A stretch of DNA of 33,016 nucleotides from Planctomycetota bacterium. Its GTDB lineage: Bacteria > Planctomycetota > MHYJ01 > WSZJ01. Below are positions 16,139 to 24,251 of this stretch, piece by piece. Position numbers and translations under genes: made by a program. The notes under the pieces were generated by a model. The model worked only from the letters and a program-made list of their open reading frames with translations, was not told where the DNA came from and searched no databases. Numbering within the stretch: position 1 is the stretch's first letter; every line of letters starts with the position of its first letter. The stretch covers positions 1-33,016 of the forward strand of contig JBBTCT010000030.1 of the NCBI GenBank assembly GCA_038060895.1. Reading direction: 5' to 3'.

Positions 16139-17144
16139 CGAGTTCGAAGCGAAGGAACGGAAGTTCAACATGGGCGACAAGTCGCTCAACGGCTACGAGA
16201 TCAAAAAGCTGTGGCGGAATGAGGACGGCCGGCACTTCTCGGACGTCTCCATCGCCAGCGGCGCCGGCGACCTGCACGACGCGCGCGGTTTCACGGCGTG
16301 CGATTTCGACCGCGACGGCGACCTCGACATCATGCTGCGGAACTACCACCAGGACTCGGTCTTCCTCCGGAACGAAGGCGTCAAGAACCACTGGCTGAAG
16401 GTCAAGCCGGTCGGGACCGCTTCGAACCGCGCGGGCATCGGCGCCCGGATCGAGATCGAGATCGGCGGGAAGCGGCAGATCCGGTGGATCACGGCGGGCT
16501 CCGGCTACCTCATGCAGCAGCCCAACGAGGCGTATTTCGGGCTGGGAACTGCGACGCGCGTGGACGGCATCACGGTCATCTGGCCGAACGGCGTCACGCA
16601 GAAATTCGGGCCGGCGGACGCCGACACCTACGTGAAAGTCACCGAGGGGAAGGACGGGACGGTCGTCATCCCGAACGGGAAACAGGCGATCCTCCCGCCG
16701 GTTGACCTGGGGAAGGGCGACCCTCTCTTCGAAGTGCTGGCCGCCTGCGACGTGAAGGACGTTGAGGGGAAGAAAGTCGATCTCGGGCATCTCGAGAAGC
16801 CGACGCTCGTCGTCTTCTGGGCGACGTGGTGCAACGTCTGCCGCGGCGAATTCGGCGCCATCGATGTCCTCGCGAAAACGCAGGCCAAGGCCGGGCTCGA
16901 CGTCGTGAGCATCGCGATTCTGGATCCGCAGGGCCCGGATTTGAAGAAGACCTGCGAGGAGCTGAAGCCCGGATTCAAAGTCTGGACAATGTCCCGCGAG
17001 GATTACGACCGTGTCTTCGGGAAGGACGCCGCGGTGCCGAAGTCGATCCTCATGGAGCGAGGCCGCGTGAGCTGTGTGTTCAACGGGAAGCTTCGGCCGT
17101 ATCTCGTGAAGTCGTACATCATCGAAGCCGTGCGAGCCAAGTGA
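16122..17144 (+). CDS. Final FG-GAP repeat + ASPIC/UnbV domain + TlpA-like thioredoxin domain; probably the C-terminal part of the 14430 gene
   Basis: Same frame as the upstream ORF. Contains DFDRDGDLD, the ASPIC/UnbV-type NHWLKVK..SNRAGIGARI..GSGY..YFGLG..VIWPNG, and VVFWATWCNVC. No signal peptide of its own. Confidence 0.82.
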   Translation: MVTHQDEFEAKERKFNMGDKSLNGYEIKKLWRNEDGRHFSDVSIASGAGDLHDARGFTACDFDRDGDLDIMLRNYHQDSVFLRNEGVKNHWLKVKPVGTASNRAGIGARIEIEIGGKRQIRWITAGSGYLMQQPNEAYFGLGTATRVDGITVIWPNGVTQKFGPADADTYVKVTEGKDGTVVIPNGKQAILPPVDLGKGDPLFEVLAACDVKDVEGKKVDLGHLEKPTLVVFWATWCNVCRGEFGAIDVLAKTQAKAGLDVVSIAILDPQGPDLKKTCEELKPGFKVWTMSREDYDRVFGKDAAVPKSILMERGRVSCVFNGKLRPYLVKSYIIEAVRAK

Positions 17145-17150
17145 GGAGGG

Positions 17151-17250
17151 GGTAGTGGGTAGTTGGTAGGGGGTAGGAAGGGCCATTCCCTGGACGATCG
17201 ATGGTCGTTCCTACCCCCTACCCCCTACCCCCTACCAACTACACACTACC
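17151..17250. repeat. Inverted repeat of 7-nt GGTAGnn units between convergent genes (possible bidirectional terminator)
   Basis: Left arm ggtagtg ggtagtt ggtaggg ggtagga (17151-17179). Right arm ttcctaccc cctaccc cctaccc cctacca actacac actacc (17208-17250). Confidence 0.85.
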
Positions 17251-18958
17251 TTGGCAGTCCCCACGCGCTCTGCAGGTCCTCCTGCGTTCCCCGGCCGCCC
17301 AGAAGATCGGTGATCGCCGCGAGCCGGCCCTTGGCGGGCTCTCCCGCGCCCAGCGCCCGCGCCAGCGCGCCGAAATCCCATTCGACCGCGGAGGAGCCGC
17401 CTTCCCTCCACATCCTGAGCATCTCCTCGATCGCCGCCTGCGCTCCTCTCGCCTCGCCCTTCCGCTCCCACGCCATCGCTCTCAGCGCCTCCAGGACCAG
17501 CGCGTTGTCACGCAGCGAATCGCGGATCAGGCCGTCGTTGGCGGCGAGAATCGCGAGCGCGTCATCCGGACGGTTCGCGGCCACAAGGATCTCCGCCTGC
17601 TCCAGGAGGAGGTTGGCGGATCCTGGAAGCGCCACCACCGCGGCGCGCGCGGCTCCCGCGGCATTCAGGGCCCGGCCTGTCTCGAATTCCGCCGCCGCGA
17701 TCGCCCGGTGCGCTTCCGGCCAGCGGCCGCCCGTCGCAGCGAGTGCGTCTCGCGCGGATTCCCCGGCGTCGTCGAAGCGCTTTTCGCCGAAGGCTTTCTT
17801 CACGTCCGCCATGAACCTCACGGCTTTCTCGACGCCCGTGGGCTCCAGTTCCGCCCACCACGCGTACGCAAGTTCACGGTAGTCGCAGAGGGGAGCCGCC
17901 GCTGCCGCCCGCAGTCCCACACGCGTTTCCGCGTCCAGTTCGCCGTCCTTCAGGTACAGCGCCAGCGCTTCGAGCACCGTCGCGTTCCACTTCATCCGCA
18001 CCGCGTCCTTCCAGGCCCTCCCGTCACGGCTCGCCTTGAGCTTGACGACGAGCGAGGCGTTGATGGCGATGGCGGCGTTCATGCGGGCGAAAAGCTGCAG
18101 GTACTGCTTAGCGGACATCCGGGCGCCTTCACGCCTCTCCGATGGCGCGCCGACTTCCGACCAGATCATGTGAACCGCGAGGTTGTAGTGGGCGAGCGCT
18201 TCCTGCCACGCCTCCGCATCCGTGAGCTTCTCGTCCGCGAGGCGCTTTTCGCGAAGCCGGTCGCGCAGGTCAGTCCAGCCCGCCACGGGGATCTCCCGGT
18301 TGACGAACGGGTCGCCGGGCGCCGGGACCCGGCAGCCCGCGATCACGAGTGCGCGCTCTTTCGGAAGCGTGCGCGCCGCCCAGCCGCCGGAGAGGGCGAG
18401 GTCGGGCAACTCGATGTCCGGCCCCAGCATGTCGGGCTCCAGCTTCTCCATGAACGCCTCGAACCCCGGCAGCATCCGCGCGTGGTCGCCCTTCGCGCAA
18501 ACCAGCATCGCGTGAAACACGAACTTCCGCCCCGGCGTCGCCCCTTCGTTCCACTCCCACATCACGTGCGTCGAGGCTGCGGCTCCGTCCACGGAGACGA
18601 AATCGCCGCGAGCCGCGGAAGCGCCGAATAGGTCGAAGGTGGAGGTCGAGACTTTCGTCCACTTGCCCTCGAGGATGCGGACCAGGACGTCTTCGTCCGG
18701 CCGTACGAAGGTCACGTCCACCACCGTGACCTTGAGCGCGATCTCCCCGCCATCGGCCGACATGGCGACGACGGATTCTTCCGTGGGATGCCGGGTCCAG
18801 CCTTCGGGAACGGCTCCGGAAATGTGAAAGCCCGGGCTCTCCCACGGACCAGCAGGGGCGGGAGGGGGAGTTTCGGGCTCCGGGGGCGGCGGGTCCGGGG
18901 TGGCGCAGCCGGTGATGAGGAGGGAGAAGAGGAGTGCGGCGGCGGGGAAGCGGGGCAT
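17246..18958 (-). CDS. Hypothetical lipoprotein with C-terminal TPR-like repeats
   Basis: Lipobox LITG-C, Pro-rich linker, an alpha/beta N-domain and an Ala-rich helical repeat C-terminus. Confidence 0.75.
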   Translation of the reverse strand: MPRFPAAALLFSLLITGCATPDPPPPEPETPPPAPAGPWESPGFHISGAVPEGWTRHPTEESVVAMSADGGEIALKVTVVDVTFVRPDEDVLVRILEGKWTKVSTSTFDLFGASAARGDFVSVDGAAASTHVMWEWNEGATPGRKFVFHAMLVCAKGDHARMLPGFEAFMEKLEPDMLGPDIELPDLALSGGWAARTLPKERALVIAGCRVPAPGDPFVNREIPVAGWTDLRDRLREKRLADEKLTDAEAWQEALAHYNLAVHMIWSEVGAPSERREGARMSAKQYLQLFARMNAAIAINASLVVKLKASRDGRAWKDAVRMKWNATVLEALALYLKDGELDAETRVGLRAAAAAPLCDYRELAYAWWAELEPTGVEKAVRFMADVKKAFGEKRFDDAGESARDALAATGGRWPEAHRAIAAAEFETGRALNAAGAARAAVVALPGSANLLLEQAEILVAANRPDDALAILAANDGLIRDSLRDNALVLEALRAMAWERKGEARGAQAAIEEMLRMWREGGSSAVEWDFGALARALGAGEPAKGRLAAITDLLGGRGTQEDLQSAWGLPR

Positions 18959-18983
18959 CGAGGGATTGTATGGCTACAGGGGT

Positions 18984-19108
18984 GCCTTATCCGCGGCTGT
19001 TTCCGCGTCATCGGCCCTTATCCGCGTATTCCTTTGCCTTTCTCAAAATAATGAAAAAGGAATTCGCGGATAACGGCCGGATCTCGCGGAAACAGCCGCA
19101 GATACGGC
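18984..19108. repeat. Imperfect inverted repeat with CCGCG/CGCGGA units
   Basis: tatccgcggctgtttccgcg..ggcccttatccgcgtattccttt (18988-19035) pairs with aaaggaattcgcggataacggcc..cgcggaaacagccgcagata (19056-19104) around an AT-rich loop. Confidence 0.85.
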
Positions 19109-19114
19109 GACTGC

Positions 19115-19143
19115 AAATAAAAACAGCCGCTCCGAAGAGCGGC
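19115..19143 (-). terminator. Rho-independent terminator of the DHH gene
   Basis: Minus strand reads GCCGCTC-TTCG-GAGCGGC then TGTTTTTATTT, 20 nt after the stop. Confidence 0.8.
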
Positions 19144-19163
19144 CATGTGAGAGTCAGTTTCTC

Positions 19164-20063
19164 CTACGCCTTGTTCGCCTTCAGCTTCCCGAGAATCTCC
19201 TTCAGCTGCGCTTCCGCCTTCTCCGGCGGCAGCTGCGCCGTCCCCGCCCCAGCGTGCCCGCCGCCGCCGTAGGAGCCCAGCAGCTTCCCGATGTTCACCT
19301 TCAGCGTCCGGTTGAAAATGCTCGACCCCGCCGCCACCACCGTCTGCCCCGCGTGCCCGCCGAAAATCCGCGCCTCAACGTTGCAGTCCGGGAACAGCGT
19401 GAACACCAGGAACCGGTTCCCCACAGGCAGATCCTTCATCCCACGGAAGTCCGTGATCACGATGCTGCCGTCGGCCTTCGAGTGCTTCTTCAGCAGCTTC
19501 TTGAATTCCTCCTGCTCCGCCAGCACCCGGTCCGTCCGCTTCTTTACTTCCACGTGAGCGAGCACCTTCGCCAAAGGCACTTCCTTGATGTATTCGCACA
19601 GCCACCGGAAGTACTTCTGGAACTCCGGCCCCAGCCCCGTCCGCGGATCCAGCGTCAGCCCCAGCAGGATCCACCCCTGCGGCTTCTCCACGTCCGACTT
19701 CGTCAGCTGCGCCGCGTCCAACCGGTCCGTCGCTTCCAGCAGCTCCGTGAACTTGTCGAACGTCTTCTGGTGTTTCTTGTAGTGGTTGTACACCACCCGC
19801 GCCGCGCTCGGCGCCACCTCGAACGCCCCCTCGAACTTCCCGATCGCGTCCAGCTTGCCTTCCTCGCTCACGTGATGGTCGAACCACTTTCCGCACCCCT
19901 TGACGTGCGGCAGGTTCACGATGATGTCTTCCTTCTCACACTTCACTTTCCCGTCCTGCACGTCTTTCGGGTGAGCGAAGCGGATCTCTTTGATGTCTTC
20001 GGCGATCGTGAGGAGGAGGGAAGACGTCAGGCCGTCGAGGTCGCCGCGGGTGAGGATGCGCAT
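19164..20063 (-). CDS. DHH/DHHA1 family phosphoesterase (exopolyphosphatase-like / nanoRNase-like)
   Basis: TRGDLDG, WFDHH, PSAARV and C-terminal GGGGHAGAGT. AAGGAG RBS. Confidence 0.88.
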   Translation of the reverse strand: MRILTRGDLDGLTSSLLLTIAEDIKEIRFAHPKDVQDGKVKCEKEDIIVNLPHVKGCGKWFDHHVSEEGKLDAIGKFEGAFEVAPSAARVVYNHYKKHQKTFDKFTELLEATDRLDAAQLTKSDVEKPQGWILLGLTLDPRTGLGPEFQKYFRWLCEYIKEVPLAKVLAHVEVKKRTDRVLAEQEEFKKLLKKHSKADGSIVITDFRGMKDLPVGNRFLVFTLFPDCNVEARIFGGHAGQTVVAAGSSIFNRTLKVNIGKLLGSYGGGGHAGAGTAQLPPEKAEAQLKEILGKLKANKA

Positions 20064-20104
20064 GGGGGGTCTCCTTTGAGTTCGGCGGAGGATTGTAGTG
20101 TTCG

Positions 20105-22246
20105 CTACTTCTTCTCCTCGTCATTTTTCGTCTCCGGGATCGGCCAGTCCAGGGAGTCCGTGTACTTGCGCCACCAGGCCTTCAGGTTCTCGATCTCGGT
20201 GTCGTCGGGGCGTTCTCCGAGCGCCGGGAGCCCGTGGGCGCCTGCGCGCTTTAGGAGTTTTTGAAGCGATCGGGCTGCGAAGTCGCAGACCGAGAGGAAG
20301 CATCGGCCGTTGGCATCCTCGCAGGTATCGCCCGTCTTCTCCTTGTCGTCGAGAGATGAGACAAGCACCTCGGCGAGGCTGCGGCTTCCGGCGGTCGCGG
20401 CAACCTCAACCAATTCCCGGCGCGTCCTCGGATTGCCCGACTTGAGCAGGAGTCCGAATGCCGTGGCTGCAGAATCGGCGGGAATGCGAACGAGCAGATC
20501 GGCGGCCCCCTGGACATGGATGGCTGAAAAGGAAGGCTCGCCCGCGGCCAGTCGTTCGGCGAGACGACGCAGCCCGGCCTCCGATCCGCACTTCCACCAG
20601 AGGATGTCGGCGGTCTCCAGCAGGACGCTTTCGGACTTCACGTTGAGCAGTTCTTCGAGCCTTTCCGAATCACGGGGGTCGCAGCGGTGCCGGAAGACTC
20701 TTAGTACCGAAGTGCTACTCTCGGCATGCGAGAGAATCCAGTCGAGGACCCTGCGGTGGTGTTTTCCCGGATCCAATGCCAGCAGGCCGCTCGCGGCGAA
20801 TTCCGGATTCGAGTTCAACTGTCCCAGGAGTCGTTCTTCCTGGCTCAGGTCCTTCGCGCAGTTCCACCAACGCGACGCGAAATCCAGCGATCGCCTGCCG
20901 TTCCATCGACCTGTGACGTACGGAAGGCCATCGCTCATCAATCTCTCACCGGTCAGGTGGGCCAAGATCTGCCCGCACGCGTCCCCGATGGAAACCAGAT
21001 AGTCGAGTTTCCAGTTGTCCTGCTCCCCGCGATCGGCATAGGCGCGTGGGGCCCAGCAGACGATCCGCGTCGGTTCAGTGTCGAGCAGGTGCGCGAGGAG
21101 CACTGGAATCGCGTCATCCCCCAGCGCAACCAGATTTGAAGCGGGATCCATCGGCGCCGTCGCCGCTCCCTTGAGATGCTCCTCGATGCAGGAGTAACTT
21201 CCGGCTTCCTTCACGGTCAGCTCACGAAGTTCGTGGACCCAGTATTCGACCTGCCGGCCCCGGGGGAGCCGCAGAAGTTCCGCGGCGGGGAGCTTCGCGA
21301 AGGGCTCATCCTCGCGGACCAGCTTCGCGTAACCCAGTGCAACGCCGCGCGCGAGGTCGGCACTGCGGTTTTCTTTGAGGTTTGCGAGGCGAGACCATCC
21401 TGCCAGGAGTTCCCGTCGATCCATGCCCGAGCTTGCACTGGTCAGGAGCCTTTCTTCGATCTTCCTGCTGACTCCCGTCGCAATGGCACTCGTGGATGTC
21501 CAGATGGTGCCTGGGGTGTTCTTCATGGCCCCGACGATGTCAACGCACAGGCGCGCCAACTGCAAGGCGAGCTTCCCGTGGCCGCGCTGACTTGCCCACC
21601 GGGCCAGCACGGCACAACGGGCGACCTGCGAGACGGATCCTCCTCCGATGAGCTCTTCACGGTCCTCGAGAATCGTCTGGCAAGTGGATTCAAAGTCCGC
21701 GTTCTCCCAGTCGCCTGGCCCGGGGCGAACAGGCTTCCTGTTCGCGTTCTCCAATTGCCACTCCCGCAGGTGGGTGGGGACTCGGGGAAGTTCGAGCAGC
21801 CCATCCTCGGTCTCAAGAGAAATCGACGATTCGTCGCTGCGTAGAAGCCACCCTGTCTCATATCTGAACCGGATCCAATCTCGTCCTTCTCGAGGGCCTG
21901 CATTGAACACAACGAAGGAAGCCTTCCCAACGTCGGGCAGCCCGAGCTCATCCAAGATTTCGCGGGCCGCCAGGACTTCTGCAGGCAATCTCAGCCATTC
22001 GAGTTTCGTTCGGAGCCGCGCCGCGGCTTCGGGCGGAGCGGTCCGCGCGGCTGCCTCCACTAGCCTGGAGGCGCGCTCACCGGCATCCTCGCACCAGGTA
22101 TCCAGCGCAACTTGGGCGGCTTCACGCTCGCCCGGGTTCTCTGAATCGAGCTGCTTGACGATCTGCGCCAGCTGCTCTTCCAGTTCGCCGGCGCCGGCGC
22201 GACTCATCCCGACGAAAACAAGTAGAAGGGCAGCGAGAAAACGCAC
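20105..22246 (-). CDS. Secreted hypothetical protein with HEAT/ARM-like helical repeats
   Basis: GTG start, signal peptide, and HEAT-like segments (QLDSENPGEREAAQVAL, LVALGDDAIPVLLAHLLD, LLKSGNPRTR). 713-codon ORF. Confidence 0.7.
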   Translation of the reverse strand: MRFLAALLLVFVGMSRAGAGELEEQLAQIVKQLDSENPGEREAAQVALDTWCEDAGERASRLVEAAARTAPPEAAARLRTKLEWLRLPAEVLAAREILDELGLPDVGKASFVVFNAGPREGRDWIRFRYETGWLLRSDESSISLETEDGLLELPRVPTHLREWQLENANRKPVRPGPGDWENADFESTCQTILEDREELIGGGSVSQVARCAVLARWASQRGHGKLALQLARLCVDIVGAMKNTPGTIWTSTSAIATGVSRKIEERLLTSASSGMDRRELLAGWSRLANLKENRSADLARGVALGYAKLVREDEPFAKLPAAELLRLPRGRQVEYWVHELRELTVKEAGSYSCIEEHLKGAATAPMDPASNLVALGDDAIPVLLAHLLDTEPTRIVCWAPRAYADRGEQDNWKLDYLVSIGDACGQILAHLTGERLMSDGLPYVTGRWNGRRSLDFASRWWNCAKDLSQEERLLGQLNSNPEFAASGLLALDPGKHHRRVLDWILSHAESSTSVLRVFRHRCDPRDSERLEELLNVKSESVLLETADILWWKCGSEAGLRRLAERLAAGEPSFSAIHVQGAADLLVRIPADSAATAFGLLLKSGNPRTRRELVEVAATAGSRSLAEVLVSSLDDKEKTGDTCEDANGRCFLSVCDFAARSLQKLLKRAGAHGLPALGERPDDTEIENLKAWWRKYTDSLDWPIPETKNDEEKK

Positions 22247-22270
22247 CGGCGTGCTCCCTGCGCAGGACGC

Positions 22271-24133
22271 CTACTTCAGATTCTCCGCATCAATCTTCCC
22301 CGCCGCCATATCCCACCCGGTCCGCCGCCGCACCCAGTCCACGTCCTGCGGGAGGTTCTGCAGCCCGGCGCTGGTGCGTGAGCGGATTGCCATGACGGCG
22401 TTGGACACCGCGAGGTCCATCTGGCCGGCGTCGCGGGCGCGCTCGTAGGCGGTGTAGTACTTCTTCCCGAACCATCCCAGGTCGCCGCGGAGGCGCTCGA
22501 GGAGGCGGTCGCGAAGCTGGGTCTGCATCTCGTTCATCAGCTCGCCGTCGGCGGGAATCTCGTTGGGGTCCTCGTCCACGCCGGCCTCGGCGTTGCCGGC
22601 GACGATGCGGTCTGCGCGGTTGGTGTCGCCGCGAAGCGAATCGACGGCGAGGGCCTGGCGGGCGGCGACGTCATAGACCTCGTAGGCGAGCGCCGCGGTG
22701 CCGCCGACGGAGCGGTCAATGATGTCGTAGTAGTACGTGCGCGTCTCGGTGCCGTTGACGTAGGACTTGCCGGTCAGGTCGAGGTAGGTCACGTCCTTCT
22801 TGTACTGCTTGAACTGCGGCGTCTTGCGGTCGGGGTGGTGGATGAGGTCGAAGCGCTCCAGCGTGCCCTTGACCATCAGGTCGGGCGTGAGGCCCGGGTT
22901 TTCCTTGAGGAAGACTTCCCAGCCGTCTTCGTCCATCACCGTCGCGTGGCGGCCGTTGCCGGACATTTCCTGCAGCAGCCGGTACGCCTCCGACGCCAGC
23001 CGGACCTCGCGCCCGGCCTGGTTCGTGCCGTTCCGAAAACCTTTCACGAGCACCAGCGGCCGCGCGGCGCGCTCCAGCCTCGTGCCCGCGTCTGCCACCT
23101 TGCGCGCCAGCTCCTCGTCGCCCGGCAGCACGGCCTTCGCCTGCTGCAGCCGTAGCCATTCGAGGCCGGGGAGCTTCCGCTTCGAAGCGTCCTCCGCCTT
23201 CACCACCAGTTCCTTCGCCGCGTTCTTGCGCACGGTGGCCGCGATCTCGTCGATTCCCGGCGCGCCGCCGTCCATCGCCTCCGCCCGCGCGAGATACGAA
23301 TACGCTGCAATGGCGTCGCCGTTGTCGTGCGCCTCCCGCGCGCTTGCGACCCACTTCTCGCCGAGCCCGCGCTTCGCCGCCACGAGCCCCTTCATCGCCT
23401 CCGGCGCATCCGGGCGCAGGTCGACGGCGGTCTGGAATCTCTGAAGCGCGCCCTCCAGGTCATCCTGCGTTTTCAGCTTCCAGCCCTGGTCGAGCAGCTC
23501 CATCACGCGCAGGTTCGTCTTCGTCTCTTTCACCACGGCGGCGAGCGCCGGCTGGCTCGCGCCGATCTCCTGCGCGTGCTCCAGGGCGACCTGCGACTTC
23601 ACCCACTGCCCGGCCTTGCCGAAATCCTCTGCGGCGGCGAGGAGCGCCTTGACCGACGCGTCGCGCGCCTGGGCGAGACGGTTCGGGATCTCCGGGAACG
23701 TCGACTTGTATCGCTCGATCGAGGCCAGGATGCGGAAGGCCTCTTCGCCCCCCGCCTTGCCCGCGCGCTCGATTTGCGCCGCGATGTCCGCGCGCAGCGA
23801 CTTGTATTTCTTCTCGTCCGCGGCGCACCGTTCGCTCGCCGCATCCTGCCGCCGCGCCGTCGCGATTTCCGCCAGCGCCCGGTCCAGTTCGCCGCGCTCC
23901 GCCGCTTCCGCCGCCTTTTCCGCGTGCGCCGTGGCCGCGTTCTTGCGCGCCGCCTCGAGCTTGCGCGCGACGTCCGTATTTCCCGGCGCCGACTGCGACG
24001 CCTTCCCGTAGGCCTCGACGGCGCCGTCGAAATCGCGGTCCTGGAAGCGCCGGTCGCCCTCGGAGACGCTGGAGGATGAGGAGCAGGCGGCGAGGGACAG
24101 GGCGGCGAGCAGAGCGGGGAAGTACCGGCGCAT
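22271..24133 (-). CDS. TPR-repeat lipoprotein with C-terminal alpha/beta (CsgG/LpoB-like) domain
   Basis: Lipobox LAA-C after MRRYFPALLAALS, GGAG RBS, TPR motifs (RDFDGAVEAYGKA, LEGALQRFQTAVDLRPD), then VLVKGFRNGT..PDLMVKGTL. The C-terminal fold call is tentative. Confidence 0.78.
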   Translation of the reverse strand: MRRYFPALLAALSLAACSSSSSVSEGDRRFQDRDFDGAVEAYGKASQSAPGNTDVARKLEAARKNAATAHAEKAAEAAERGELDRALAEIATARRQDAASERCAADEKKYKSLRADIAAQIERAGKAGGEEAFRILASIERYKSTFPEIPNRLAQARDASVKALLAAAEDFGKAGQWVKSQVALEHAQEIGASQPALAAVVKETKTNLRVMELLDQGWKLKTQDDLEGALQRFQTAVDLRPDAPEAMKGLVAAKRGLGEKWVASAREAHDNGDAIAAYSYLARAEAMDGGAPGIDEIAATVRKNAAKELVVKAEDASKRKLPGLEWLRLQQAKAVLPGDEELARKVADAGTRLERAARPLVLVKGFRNGTNQAGREVRLASEAYRLLQEMSGNGRHATVMDEDGWEVFLKENPGLTPDLMVKGTLERFDLIHHPDRKTPQFKQYKKDVTYLDLTGKSYVNGTETRTYYYDIIDRSVGGTAALAYEVYDVAARQALAVDSLRGDTNRADRIVAGNAEAGVDEDPNEIPADGELMNEMQTQLRDRLLERLRGDLGWFGKKYYTAYERARDAGQMDLAVSNAVMAIRSRTSAGLQNLPQDVDWVRRRTGWDMAAGKIDAENLK

Positions 24134-24251
24134 GGGGACTCCGCGAAAGGGGCCTTCTGGGAACAGCGTAGCGCGGGCCCAAGGGGGCGGGCAAGGGAGA
24201 TTCCCGGCCCGCAACCGCGGGATCTTCCGATATCCTCCGGGGCTTCAAATC

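Noticed and set aside
14376-17186. 936-aa minus-strand ORF antisense to the FG-GAP gene (also long shadow ORFs such as 2378-4354, 8117-10009, 10153-12114, 23460-25247)
   Set aside because: No recognisable motifs. Long antisense or alternate-frame ORFs are expected at this GC and codon bias, and the opposing frames carry clear domains.
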